A stretch of DNA of 46,482 nt from Candidatus Nomurabacteria bacterium (lineage in GTDB: Bacteria > Patescibacteriota > Minisyncoccia > Phycocordibacterales > UBA9973): positions 184,683 through 231,164 of the forward strand of contig JAPLXS010000006.1 of the NCBI GenBank assembly GCA_026395965.1, read 5' to 3'. Below the pieces are notes generated by a model that had not been told where the DNA came from, did not search any database, and was given only the letters and a program-made list of their open reading frames with translations. Of the stretch, positions 37,935 through 46,482 are shown in pieces. How positions within the stretch are numbered: position 1 is the stretch's first letter; each line of letters starts with the position of its first letter. The translations under genes and the position numbers were made by a program.

Positions 37935-38867
37935 ATGCCTGAGCTTCCAGAGGTCACAACAACAGTAAATGGACTACAAAAAGTTTTACCAGGATTTAAA
38001 ATTATTTCTGTTTGGACAGACCTTGCTAAAAAGAATCAAACAATAAAACAATTCAAAGATACTATTAAAAATGATATTTTTTTTAATAATTTTAAAAAGA
38101 AAATAATTGGAGAGGAGGTATTAAATGCAAAAAGAAGTGCAAAAAATATCCTTATAAATACTACTTCTGGTCATACCATACTTATACACTTAAAGATGAC
38201 TGGCCATTTATTGTACGGTGAATATGTTTTTGATAAAAAAGAAAATAAATGGTATCCAGATAAAAATGAGCGGGCTGCTCTATTTGATCCGTACAATAGA
38301 TTTATACATGTTGTTTTTGCCTTTTCAAATGGTAAACATCTAGTTTTTTGTGATTCACGTAAGTTTGGAAAAGTAACACTAATACCAACATCTGATTTAA
38401 ACAACACTGTTCACTTAAAAAATATTGGACCTGAACCTCTTGAAAAATCTTTTAGTTTTTTAAGATTTAAAGATAGATTACTTTTGAAACCTGATTGGAA
38501 AATAAAAACTGCACTAATGGATCAATCTGTAATTGCTGGTATTGGAAATATCTATTCAGATGAGATGCTTTGGCTTTCTAGTATCCACCCAGAATCTAAA
38601 CCAAAAAGTATCCCCAATGCATCATTATTAAAACTATATGATGGAATGAAAGAAGTATTAACAAAAGGAATCGATTTTGGTGGTGACTCAATGTCTGATT
38701 ATAGAAACATACATGGTCTTCGGGGTGATTTTCAAAATCATCATAATGTATACCAAAAGAAAAATACAAAATGTGTGAAAAGGGGTTGTAAAGGTGTTAT
38801 ACTAAGAAAAGTTGTAAATGGTCGCAGTGCTCATTATTGTGATACACATCAAAAATTATTTAATTAA
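37935..38867 (+). CDS. mutM: Formamidopyrimidine-DNA glycosylase
   Basis: PELPEV, HLKMTG, D.RKFG, MDQ..IAGIGNIYSDE, C-terminal Zn finger (C4 to C3H variant). Confidence 0.93.
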   Translation: MPELPEVTTTVNGLQKVLPGFKIISVWTDLAKKNQTIKQFKDTIKNDIFFNNFKKKIIGEEVLNAKRSAKNILINTTSGHTILIHLKMTGHLLYGEYVFDKKENKWYPDKNERAALFDPYNRFIHVVFAFSNGKHLVFCDSRKFGKVTLIPTSDLNNTVHLKNIGPEPLEKSFSFLRFKDRLLLKPDWKIKTALMDQSVIAGIGNIYSDEMLWLSSIHPESKPKSIPNASLLKLYDGMKEVLTKGIDFGGDSMSDYRNIHGLRGDFQNHHNVYQKKNTKCVKRGCKGVILRKVVNGRSAHYCDTHQKLFN

Positions 38868-38879
38868 AATTAAAAAATT

Positions 38880-39092
38880 ATGACTGAAAAAAAACTTAAA
38901 GCAAAAAATAATATATATACTCGTGGTGAAATAAACTTTGGGATTGAAATTCTTATATTTGTAGTTATTATTTTTATACTTTGGATTCTAGCTGGTGGTG
39001 CAAAAAAAGAAGCTCCATCAAGCCCTATTTTAGTACCTGAAACTGTTCATATTTTACCAAAAACTAATAGTGGCTATGGTCCAAACAATTAA
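38880..39092 (+). CDS. Small single-TM hypothetical protein
   Basis: 70 aa, hydrophobic aa 19-38, 12 nt after mutM. Confidence 0.55.
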   Translation: MTEKKLKAKNNIYTRGEINFGIEILIFVVIIFILWILAGGAKKEAPSSPILVPETVHILPKTNSGYGPNN

Positions 39093-39568
39093 TGTTTTAA
39101 AATACCGAACAAAGCTATTCCGCAAGCTACAGAAACATTTAAAGACTCTTTTTTCCCATACATTGGTATTTGAGCGATAATATCGCATTTGTCTAATATT
39201 TTTTTATCTAAACCAAGAACTTCTGGCCCCATGACAATGGCAACTTTTTCTAGTTTTTTTACCTTTCTATAATCAATAGATCTTTTGTCTTGTTCGATAG
39301 CAACAATAGTATAACCATCTTTTTTAAGATTGTTTAGTAAAGTAATTAGGCTTTTTTTATATTCCCAAGGAATCCATGTTTCTGCACCAAGGGCGCTTTT
39401 TGCTATGTCTTTTTGTATTCTACCAAAGTTATCTGTGGGTCTTGGAGTATAACCTGTTAAATATATTTTTGATATTCCTACAGCATCAGCTGTTCTAAAC
39501 ATAGCTCCAATGTTTAGTGCTGATCTTATATCTGGAAGTATTAAAATAGAATTTGTTTGTTTTTTCAT
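39089..39568 (-). CDS. TrmH/SpoU-family RNA methyltransferase
   Basis: NIGAMFRTADA.G, G.E..GL, IPM.G.KESLNVSVA. Confidence 0.9.
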   Translation of the reverse strand: MKKQTNSILILPDIRSALNIGAMFRTADAVGISKIYLTGYTPRPTDNFGRIQKDIAKSALGAETWIPWEYKKSLITLLNNLKKDGYTIVAIEQDKRSIDYRKVKKLEKVAIVMGPEVLGLDKKILDKCDIIAQIPMYGKKESLNVSVACGIALFGILKH

Positions 39569-39634
39569 AATAGTTATTAAGGAAGTTTATATGATGATGG
39601 TTTTTTTATCAAGGAAGAATACGGGCACGACAGG

Positions 39635-39899
39635 CTCGGTAGGACAGGCAGTAGCCTTATTGACTACTATTAAATAAGTAGGAAACGTGAGTACACTTTT
39701 GGTCACTCTCGTGTATTAAGAAGATCTCTCGGTAGGACCGGCAGTAGCCTTATTGAATCTTACTGATTCTGTACACCCATTCGTTTCGGTTAGCACCGAA
39801 AAACGAATGGGTCTTCAATTCCTACACGTGAATGAAGCAGTTCATTCACTCAAGAGGACAATTATAAAAACCCTCAGTAAACTGGGGTTTTTATAATTG
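39635..39899 (-). repeat. tRNA-matched structured 3' element (Lys copy, distal module triplicated)
   Basis: TCCTCTTG[AGTGAATGAACTGCTTCATTCACGT]GTAGGAATTGAA, GGTGTACAGAATCAGTAAGATTCAAT[AAGGCTACTGCCGG]TCCTACCGAGAG plus two more interrupted TCCTAC copies. Confidence 0.88.
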
Positions 39900-39972
39900 T
39901 CCTCTCGGTAGGAATTGAACCTACGACCATCTCCTTAAAAGGGAGCTGCTCTACCAACTGAGCTACGAGAGG
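39900..39972 (-). tRNA. tRNA-Lys(TTT)
   Basis: CCTCTCG acceptor, AGCTCAGTTGGTAGAGC, loop CTTTTAA, GTAGGTTCAATTCCTAC. Confidence 0.95.
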
Positions 39973-40084
39973 ATGTTTGGTTTTAAACTATATTATATAT
40001 TATTCACATAGCCAGTTGGAAACGCTACAACTAGCCAACAAAAATATATTTGATTTTAAACGATAATATACCTTATCTTAGTAT

Positions 40085-40120
40085 TCAGTTGAAAACACTA
40101 CAACTGAGCTACGAGAGGAT
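40085..40120 (-). repeat. Copy of the tRNA-Lys 5' end in its leader
   Basis: CAACTGAGCTACGAGAGGAT at 40101-40120 equals 39955-39974; continues as hairpin TCAGTTG-TAGTGTTTT-CAACTGA. Confidence 0.85.
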
Positions 40121-40211
40121 ATTAAAAACTTGAACGATTTATAAAAAATACCACATTTGAGCTTTAAAATCAATATCTATCAAAAAGTTAAATAGTTATC
40201 CCCTTTTTGCC

Positions 40212-40442
40212 TTGCCTAATTTATGTTTTATTTATATAATAACAACAAGACACCTTTGAAGTAATCTTTTCTACGTTCACCCTACGAACAGGGTTTCAAA
40301 ATACGAAAAGATTTATAAATCATTTTTTAGTACATTATACTCACATCATTAAAGTGAGAAAGTTCTTTGTTTTTAAAAAGCACAAAGGCTTAGGAGCCAA
40401 CCCTTGAAATTTCGAGAGCTGACTCCTAGGCCTTTTCTTTTT
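40212..40442 (+). ncRNA. Candidate small RNA (promoter, stem-loops, terminator, no ATG-initiated ORF)
   Basis: TTGCCT-17-TATAAT (40212-40240); stems AATCTTTTC/GAAAAGATT, CTCAC/GTGAG, CTTTGT/ACAAAG; GC-rich hairpin + T-run at 40387-40442. Confidence 0.4.
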
Positions 40443-40462
40443 GTATTTTTTTAAAAAATAAA

Positions 40463-41104
40463 TTAGATCCCTTTACTAAGAGAAGAAAGAATAAATTGTT
40501 CAATCCCTACTACAAAATCACACTCCCCTCTATGTGCCTTATGATAGATAGAAAGAAGCTCTGATGATTGTCTCTTTAATTCATTTGATGAAAAAAATTT
40601 AGTACCGTTTAGTAACATGGTTTTTATTTTCCAAAAAATTATTCCAGATATTTCTTCAGAAGATACACCCAACAATACAGCATCTCTGTATAAAACCCAG
40701 GCACCTATTTTATCTCTTCGTGCATAAGCATCTGCGATACCAAAAATATTTATTTTTGGTATTTGTTTTATTTCTTTTTTACTAAAGTCTTCTATTGTAG
40801 CAGTTTTATTGTATTTTTTTGAATCAGCAGCTAGCAGCTTTTCTTCCAAAAAGACAAAGGTAGTTGAGGATTCACATAGTATTGATATATCTTTTGTATT
40901 TAGTTTTATCTCTTCATCTCTTATTATATTCTCGATTACAACTATTGGTGATCCTCCAAAAAGACTCACACTATGAGCATAATCGAAAAGTTCTTCTTTG
41001 GTTGTATTTGCATCAGATATAAAAAATGGCTGGTCATTTTTATACAGCTTTTTTAAATATATATTTTTATTTTTATAATCGTTACCAGTTAGAATATAAA
41101 TCAT
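40463..41104 (-). CDS. holA: DNA polymerase III delta subunit-like (reduced)
   Basis: MIYILTG, SLFGG..IV, NIF..ADA...RD, C-terminal E.FIL; only 213 aa. Confidence 0.6.
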   Translation of the reverse strand: MIYILTGNDYKNKNIYLKKLYKNDQPFFISDANTTKEELFDYAHSVSLFGGSPIVVIENIIRDEEIKLNTKDISILCESSTTFVFLEEKLLAADSKKYNKTATIEDFSKKEIKQIPKINIFGIADAYARRDKIGAWVLYRDAVLLGVSSEEISGIIFWKIKTMLLNGTKFFSSNELKRQSSELLSIYHKAHRGECDFVVGIEQFILSSLSKGI

Positions 41105-41592
41105 ATCCAGTTTTTAACTTTCTTTTTATACTCGCGATAAATTTCTCCGTATTTTTTTTCTAGTAGTAATTCTTCTTTTTTAAGAAAAAAGAATTTACTT
41201 ATTGTATAAGCTATTATCGTAAAAATAACACTAAATAGTGAATTTATTATAAAACTAAAACCCAATATCATTATACCGATTCCAAAATGCGTTGGACTAC
41301 GTAAGTATTTATATGGACCAAACTCAAAATCAGAACTTCCTTCTTTTTTATGAATTCTTGTTTTGTAATTAGATGAAACAGATTGTGCCCAGTATATAAT
41401 AACTGAACCAACCATCAATAAAATAAATCCAAAACTTTGGTGAAAACCCTCAGCGAATATTTTTTTATTTAAAAATGTATCAAAGTATACACCCAAAATA
41501 ATAGCTGGTAAAAACATAAAATATGAATTAGCCAAAATATAGTGGGTTGTATTCTTGTATATATTTTTTATTTTCTTTTCTTTTTGTTTCAT
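41101..41592 (-). CDS. Isoprenylcysteine carboxyl methyltransferase/PEMT-family membrane protein
   Basis: GPYKYLRSP..G, EE.LL..KYGE.Y.EYKKKV..W. Confidence 0.82.
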   Translation of the reverse strand: MKQKEKKIKNIYKNTTHYILANSYFMFLPAIILGVYFDTFLNKKIFAEGFHQSFGFILLMVGSVIIYWAQSVSSNYKTRIHKKEGSSDFEFGPYKYLRSPTHFGIGIMILGFSFIINSLFSVIFTIIAYTISKFFFLKKEELLLEKKYGEIYREYKKKVKNWI

Positions 41593-41666
41593 TTTATTTT
41601 TCAGCTTTTAACTTCATAAATAAAGGTTATATCTTATATCCTATCATTAGAAATAAGTTTATGCCA

Positions 41667-44093
41667 CTATTTTAAATCTCCCCATGTTTTACCATAAACC
41701 ACTGAAACTAAGAGAGGAACCGTATTTATACCACTACAAAACTCTTCAGGTATAGCGTCTTTCATTGCATTTTCTATTATCTTAAGAGCTTTTTCTATCT
41801 TATCTTCTTTTATTTCATAGACTAATTCATCATGGACTTGTAGAACAAGTCTGACTTCATCTGTAAAACCACAAGCCCTCAATTGTTCGTCAGCATTTTT
41901 CATTCCTATCTTTATTATATCAGCAGTAGCGGTACCCTGAATAGGAGCATTTGTTGCCATCCTTTCTGCCATTGCTCTAATAAAAGGTAGTGGGGACTTT
42001 ATTCCTGGAAAGTATCTCTTACGTCCAAATAATGTTTCGGTATATCCATTTTTCTTTGCAAATTCTTTTATACTTTCAAGGTATGCTGCAATAGTTGGAA
42101 ACTGTGCAAAATAATTATCGTAAAACACCTGCGCTTCTTTTCTGTCAGTCCCAAGATTATCTTTTAGTGCATTGACTCCCATCCCATACAAAATACCAAA
42201 ATTAATCACTTTGGCTCGACGTCTCATGTCGGCAGTAACATCTTTTTCTACAACACCAAAAACCTTCATAGCAACAGCCAAGTGAATATCGTGTCCTTCA
42301 TTGAAAGCTTTAATAAAATATGGGTCTTGTGACATTAGTGCAGCTACACGAAGCTCTATTTGAGAATAATCAAATGAAGCAAGTACATATCCTTTTGGTG
42401 CAACAAAAGCATTTCTTATATTTTTACCTCTCTCTGTTTTAATAGGAATATTTTGTAAGTTTGGATTGTTTGAAGCAAATCTACCAGTGGTTGTACCTGT
42501 CTGTATGAAATGTGCATGCAAGCGTCCGTCCTCTCCTACTTGTGCTGGTATAGTGTCTATATAAGTTGAGAGTAATTTTTGAATCTCGCGGTATTTCAAA
42601 ATTTCTCCAATGATTGGGTGTAGTTCTCTTAATTTTTCTAGCTCACTTTCACGAGTAGAGATAGCTCCTCCTGCACTTTTCTTTATTCCTTTTGTAGAAA
42701 GACCAAGTGTTGTAAAAAGGATTTCACTTATTTGTTTTGGAGAATTTATATTGAATTCAACTCCTGCCTCCTTCCAAATATTTTTTTCTAATATATCTAA
42801 ATCACTATGGTATTCTGATGATATTTTATTTAAATAAGGGACATCGACTAAAATACCTTGTTTTTCCATATTGTCGATTATAGATATAATTGGGATTTCT
42901 ATATTTTCATAAACATATGTCAATTTTTCTTTTTTTATATCATTTTCAAGGAGATTAATAGCACCTTCTAAATTGGAGCTTCCTTTATAATGAACAACCT
43001 CATCTAAATCTGGATTGGACCGTTCTGAGTTAAGCAACCAGTATGCTATTTTTGCGCAATTTATTTTGTAATTATCTTCTTCTGAAAGAGGTTTAGAAGC
43101 AACTTTTTCTGTTTTAGTTGATGAGTCTTCTTTACCATCTTCTGTATTTTTTTCAATACTATTATTTCCATCCAAAACATTTAGAAACCTATTTTGTAGA
43201 CTTTTAAATTCAAGATCTCTAAAAAATTCAGCGACATTGTTTTTATCGACTGCTTCTTTCCAATTTTTTTCTGGTAATTCAAATTTTATAGGAGCGTCTG
43301 GTCTTATAGTTGCAAGCGTTTTAGAAAAAAGTGCTTCTTCTTCTCCTTCTTTCAAAAGAGTGAGAACGCGTTCGGTTACACCACTTTCTTTTACTTCATT
43401 ACTATCTTTAGATATTGCTTTATATATATTTTCGACAGTCCCGTATTTAGAAATAAGAATAGTGGCGGTTTTTTCACCAATGCCTTTTATACCAATAATA
43501 TTATCTGACGGATCGCCACGCAATCCCTTGTAGTCTGGTAACTTGTTTGGACTAAAACCAAAACGTTCAAAAACTTTTTTCTCATTGTACAAAATAGTGT
43601 CATTGATTCCCTTTTTGAGAGTGTAAACTTGAACATGATTGTCATCTACAAGCTGAAGAGTATCCATATCTCCAGAAGCAATAATTATATCTATTTCTTT
43701 CTTTTTATCTTTTAATTGTTCTACAATAGTACCCAGCAAATCATCTGCTTCAAAACCTTCACATTCATAAAATGGAATAGAACAGGCATTAAAAAATTCA
43801 CGGGAGCGTATGAGTTGTGCTACTAGTGCATCATCGGTCTTTGCACGACCAGCTTTATAGTCTGCATATGCCTCATGTCTAAATGTCTTTTTGGGTAAAT
43901 CAAAACAAGCTATTATATAGTCTGGTTTCAAATCAGTAATAATCTTAAATAGCATAGTAGCTAGACCATATATGGCCCCTGTAGGCTCACCACGAGAGTT
44001 CATAAATTCTGGTAGAGCATGATACGCTCTGTGTATAATGGCATGAGAATCAAGCAATATTAGTCTTTTTTTGTTTATTTTTTTGCTAGCCAT
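41667..44093 (-). CDS. polA: DNA polymerase I (5'-3' exonuclease + polymerase)
   Basis: RAYHA, EADD, GD.SDNI.G..GIGEKTA, TGR.AS..PNLQNIP, DYSQIELR, R.AK..NFG..YG, VHDEL. Confidence 0.96.
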   Translation of the reverse strand: MASKKINKKRLILLDSHAIIHRAYHALPEFMNSRGEPTGAIYGLATMLFKIITDLKPDYIIACFDLPKKTFRHEAYADYKAGRAKTDDALVAQLIRSREFFNACSIPFYECEGFEADDLLGTIVEQLKDKKKEIDIIIASGDMDTLQLVDDNHVQVYTLKKGINDTILYNEKKVFERFGFSPNKLPDYKGLRGDPSDNIIGIKGIGEKTATILISKYGTVENIYKAISKDSNEVKESGVTERVLTLLKEGEEEALFSKTLATIRPDAPIKFELPEKNWKEAVDKNNVAEFFRDLEFKSLQNRFLNVLDGNNSIEKNTEDGKEDSSTKTEKVASKPLSEEDNYKINCAKIAYWLLNSERSNPDLDEVVHYKGSSNLEGAINLLENDIKKEKLTYVYENIEIPIISIIDNMEKQGILVDVPYLNKISSEYHSDLDILEKNIWKEAGVEFNINSPKQISEILFTTLGLSTKGIKKSAGGAISTRESELEKLRELHPIIGEILKYREIQKLLSTYIDTIPAQVGEDGRLHAHFIQTGTTTGRFASNNPNLQNIPIKTERGKNIRNAFVAPKGYVLASFDYSQIELRVAALMSQDPYFIKAFNEGHDIHLAVAMKVFGVVEKDVTADMRRRAKVINFGILYGMGVNALKDNLGTDRKEAQVFYDNYFAQFPTIAAYLESIKEFAKKNGYTETLFGRKRYFPGIKSPLPFIRAMAERMATNAPIQGTATADIIKIGMKNADEQLRACGFTDEVRLVLQVHDELVYEIKEDKIEKALKIIENAMKDAIPEEFCSGINTVPLLVSVVYGKTWGDLK

Positions 44094-44120
44094 ATTTTGA
44101 TTATAGCACTTTCAGAAACA

Positions 44121-44151
44121 AAAAAATGCTGCAAAATTTGCAGCATTTTTT
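44121..44151 (-). terminator. Intrinsic terminator after tsaE
   Basis: AAAAAATGCTGCAAA-A-TTTGCAGCATTTTTT. Confidence 0.7.
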
Positions 44152-44167
44152 CGGAAATATCTAAATA

Positions 44168-44596
44168 CTAAAAACTGATTCCCCTGGTATATTCATTTAT
44201 ATGAGTTAGGTTTATTTTGATAGCATCGGTTGGTATTATTTCTTTTGTTTTTTCTGGCCATTCAATAATAATTAGATTTTCTTTTTCTGAAATTATTTCT
44301 TCCCAGCCTAAACTCAGTAACTCTTTTGATTCTTCTAATCTATAAGCATCTATATGTATTAGGTTTTTAAATTTACCATTATCAATAATATATTTTTTCA
44401 TTATTACAAAAGTTGGAGAAATTATTTTTTCCTTAACACCTAAAATCTTGCAAATAGTCTGGGTTATTGTTGTTTTACCTGTACCTAAGTCGCCTTCAAA
44501 AGCGAGAACTGTCGCCTTTTTTATTTTTGCTTTTTGAGCTTTCTTTAGTATACCGGAGGCTACGGTATCTAAATCTTTTATAGTTATCTCTTTCAT
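44168..44596 (-). CDS. tsaE: tRNA threonylcarbamoyladenosine biosynthesis ATPase TsaE
   Basis: GDLGTGKTT, SPTF, HIDAYRL, IIEWPE. Confidence 0.94.
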   Translation of the reverse strand: MKEITIKDLDTVASGILKKAQKAKIKKATVLAFEGDLGTGKTTITQTICKILGVKEKIISPTFVIMKKYIIDNGKFKNLIHIDAYRLEESKELLSLGWEEIISEKENLIIIEWPEKTKEIIPTDAIKINLTHINEYTRGISF

Positions 44597-44608
44597 AAAT
44601 ATATACTA

Positions 44609-44636
44609 ACATACCCCAGCCTAAGCTGGGGTATGT
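44609..44636 (-). terminator. Terminator-like hairpin after the surface protein gene
   Basis: ACATACCCCAGC-CTAA-GCTGGGGTATGT. Confidence 0.55.
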
Positions 44637-44659
44637 GTATAAATAATGTTTTAATATTA

Positions 44660-46482
44660 TTAGTGATTTATAGGAGCGGTTGCAACATTGCGACGTCCAA
44701 ACAATGAACGAGCTAAAAGTGCTAATAGCATTATAAATATAATTAATAGCAATAAACCAACAAGACTAATTCCAGACATATTTCCGAAGAGAGCGGCAGC
44801 TCCTAGAACATTTCCATCAGTCTTTGGATTGTTTAAAACATAGGCCATAGCATTTTCTTGTGCTTGATTTGGGTTTGTGTAAACAAGAACAGCTGTTGTA
44901 ACAACCTGAGCTAAGTTTGACTCCATTGAGTTTACTTTTGCTTGTATGTAGATAACACCTTCTGCTCCAGGAACAAGATCTTCAATAGGCGTAGATAATG
45001 TATTACTATCAGCTGAATAAGTTCCACGTGATGCATTTGTAACAGTTATTCCTTTTGGAAAAAATACTTGAACCATTGGGTTTACCAATTTTGATTTACC
45101 AATATTTTTGTAATACACTACGTAATCAACAACATCTCCTGTTCCAACTGCTTGGTAACGATTTTCAATCTTAAGCATGATTGGAGATGCACTACCAACT
45201 ACTGTTGTACCTTGAACTATTATTGGTCTTACTGGTTGAGCGTTTCCAAGTGTTTCAAATATTTCAATAGCTCCGCGTGATACTCCATTTGAACCTTCAG
45301 AAACTGCTCTAAAGAAATAAATTGTTTTAGGACTTAGGTTTGTTAGGTATTCACTAAAAGAAGTATTACTACCTGTTGTGTGTGACGATGATTTCAGACC
45401 AAGATAAACATCTGTTCCATATTCAAAATATGTATTTGCATTAGCATAGTTTGAATTTGTTATAAGACCATTTACTTGTGCTCCTGTTTGAGAAATATTT
45501 GTAGCAACTGTTGTAACAACACCTGCATTGTATACTGGAACAGGTACAACAACATTGTTTACATACACAGTTACAGAACGTGTCTGTGTACCTCCATTTG
45601 TACCATATGCATTTAATGTATATGTAGTTGTGTATGTAGGCCAAACTGTTTGTGATCCTGATACAGGAACACTGTAATTAAGATTTGAAATGTTTACACT
45701 TGTACAGTTGTTTGTACTCCAGTTAAGAACTGCTGAGTTTCCGTTTGTTATTGAACTTTGGTTTGTTGAGAAGTTGTTGATTGAACAGTTTGAAACTGCG
45801 TTATCAACATACACAGTTACAGAACGTGTCTGTGTACCTCCATTTGTACCATATGCATTTAATGTATATGTAGTTGTGTATGTAGGCCAAACTGTTTGTG
45901 ATCCTGATACAGGAACACTGTAATTAAGATTTGAAATATTTACGTTTGTACAATTACTTGTACTCCAGTAAAGAGTTACTGGATTTCCGTTTGTTATTGA
46001 AGGTTGGTTTGATGAGAAATTACTGATTGAACAGTTTGAAACTGGTGTTGTATTATTTCCAACAACAAAACTAACAACTGCTGAACCTTGTGATGACCAA
46101 CCTGGTGTTATGTCGCCAATGTATAAACCTTGTGTACTTAGAATTTCAGAACCATCTTGTCCGTTTAGCAGTGGAGTTACAGTCGGATGAGTATTTCCTG
46201 TATACCAAATAACAGAACCAAATGTAAGTGTTTGGGAAGTTGGTATATTTACTGATACTGAATTTGAAGTCATACCACCTTGTGAAGAAGTAATATCTGT
46301 TGTAAATGAGTGACTAGTAGAAGAACCAGTCTGCGCATTTAATACCAAACGAGTATTGTTTGCTGTAGTAGTTCCAGTATTGTGATAATAAACACGTACA
46401 TTTATAATATCTCCTGGGTTAGCACTTATGTTTGTGCCATTCCAACATGGGTCGCCCCATCCTGCTGAAGTATTTGTATTTG
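44660..46482 (-). CDS. Large cell-surface protein (Ig/PKD-like repeats, DUF11-like domains, C-terminal TM), 5'-partial
   Basis: Frame stays open from 46348 to the window edge (..PGDIINVRVYYHNTG..); S/T/N-rich beta repeats; GDVVDYVVYYKNIG; C-terminal TM + RR. Confidence 0.8.
   Translation of the reverse strand, partial: NTNTSAGWGDPCWNGTNISANPGDIINVRVYYHNTGTTTANNTRLVLNAQTGSSTSHSFTTDITSSQGGMTSNSVSVNIPTSQTLTFGSVIWYTGNTHPTVTPLLNGQDGSEILSTQGLYIGDITPGWSSQGSAVVSFVVGNNTTPVSNCSISNFSSNQPSITNGNPVTLYWSTSNCTNVNISNLNYSVPVSGSQTVWPTYTTTYTLNAYGTNGGTQTRSVTVYVDNAVSNCSINNFSTNQSSITNGNSAVLNWSTNNCTSVNISNLNYSVPVSGSQTVWPTYTTTYTLNAYGTNGGTQTRSVTVYVNNVVVPVPVYNAGVVTTVATNISQTGAQVNGLITNSNYANANTYFEYGTDVYLGLKSSSHTTGSNTSFSEYLTNLSPKTIYFFRAVSEGSNGVSRGAIEIFETLGNAQPVRPIIVQGTTVVGSASPIMLKIENRYQAVGTGDVVDYVVYYKNIGKSKLVNPMVQVFFPKGITVTNASRGTYSADSNTLSTPIEDLVPGAEGVIYIQAKVNSMESNLAQVVTTAVLVYTNPNQAQENAMAYVLNNPKTDGNVLGAAALFGNMSGISLVGLLLLIIFIMLLALLARSLFGRRNVATAPINH
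45561..46043. repeat. Intragenic tandem duplication, 246-bp (82-aa) period
   Basis: 45561-45691 identical to 45807-45937 (131 bp); remainder of the unit diverged. Confidence 0.92.

Noticed and set aside
1-46482. Recoded TGA (genetic code 25)
   Set aside because: Conserved genes translate full-length under code 11 and TGA ends genes at 13997 and 26807.

Overview
AT-rich bacterial window with standard genetic code. Gene content (short PolA, reduced HolA, DUF5652, GH130 cluster, Ig-like surface proteins) suggests Patescibacteria/CPR, Parcubacteria-like (inference). It contains a cobalamin module (class II RNR, solitary ECF S-component, Cbl riboswitch, DUF4430), a GH130/PMM/PMI mannoside cluster, a cargo region behind tRNA-His (NUDIX-His phosphatase-NTase operon, disrupted SEC-C gene, Fic/Doc), a CsoR-CopA copper operon, housekeeping genes and six intact tRNAs. 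The most striking signal is non-coding. Every tRNA, plus a seventh truncated tRNA-Arg, is followed by a ~200-nt structured element with a shared scaffold whose variable parts match that particular tRNA. Each has an antisense copy of the acceptor/T-arm split by a 24-26-nt hairpin exactly at position 65/66 and, except for Val, a sense copy of the T-arm split by a 14-nt insert at 59/60. Three tRNAs also carry copies of their 5' end in the leader. No integrase or transposase was recognised. All calls come from reading the sequence; no database search was run, so novelty is unverified.
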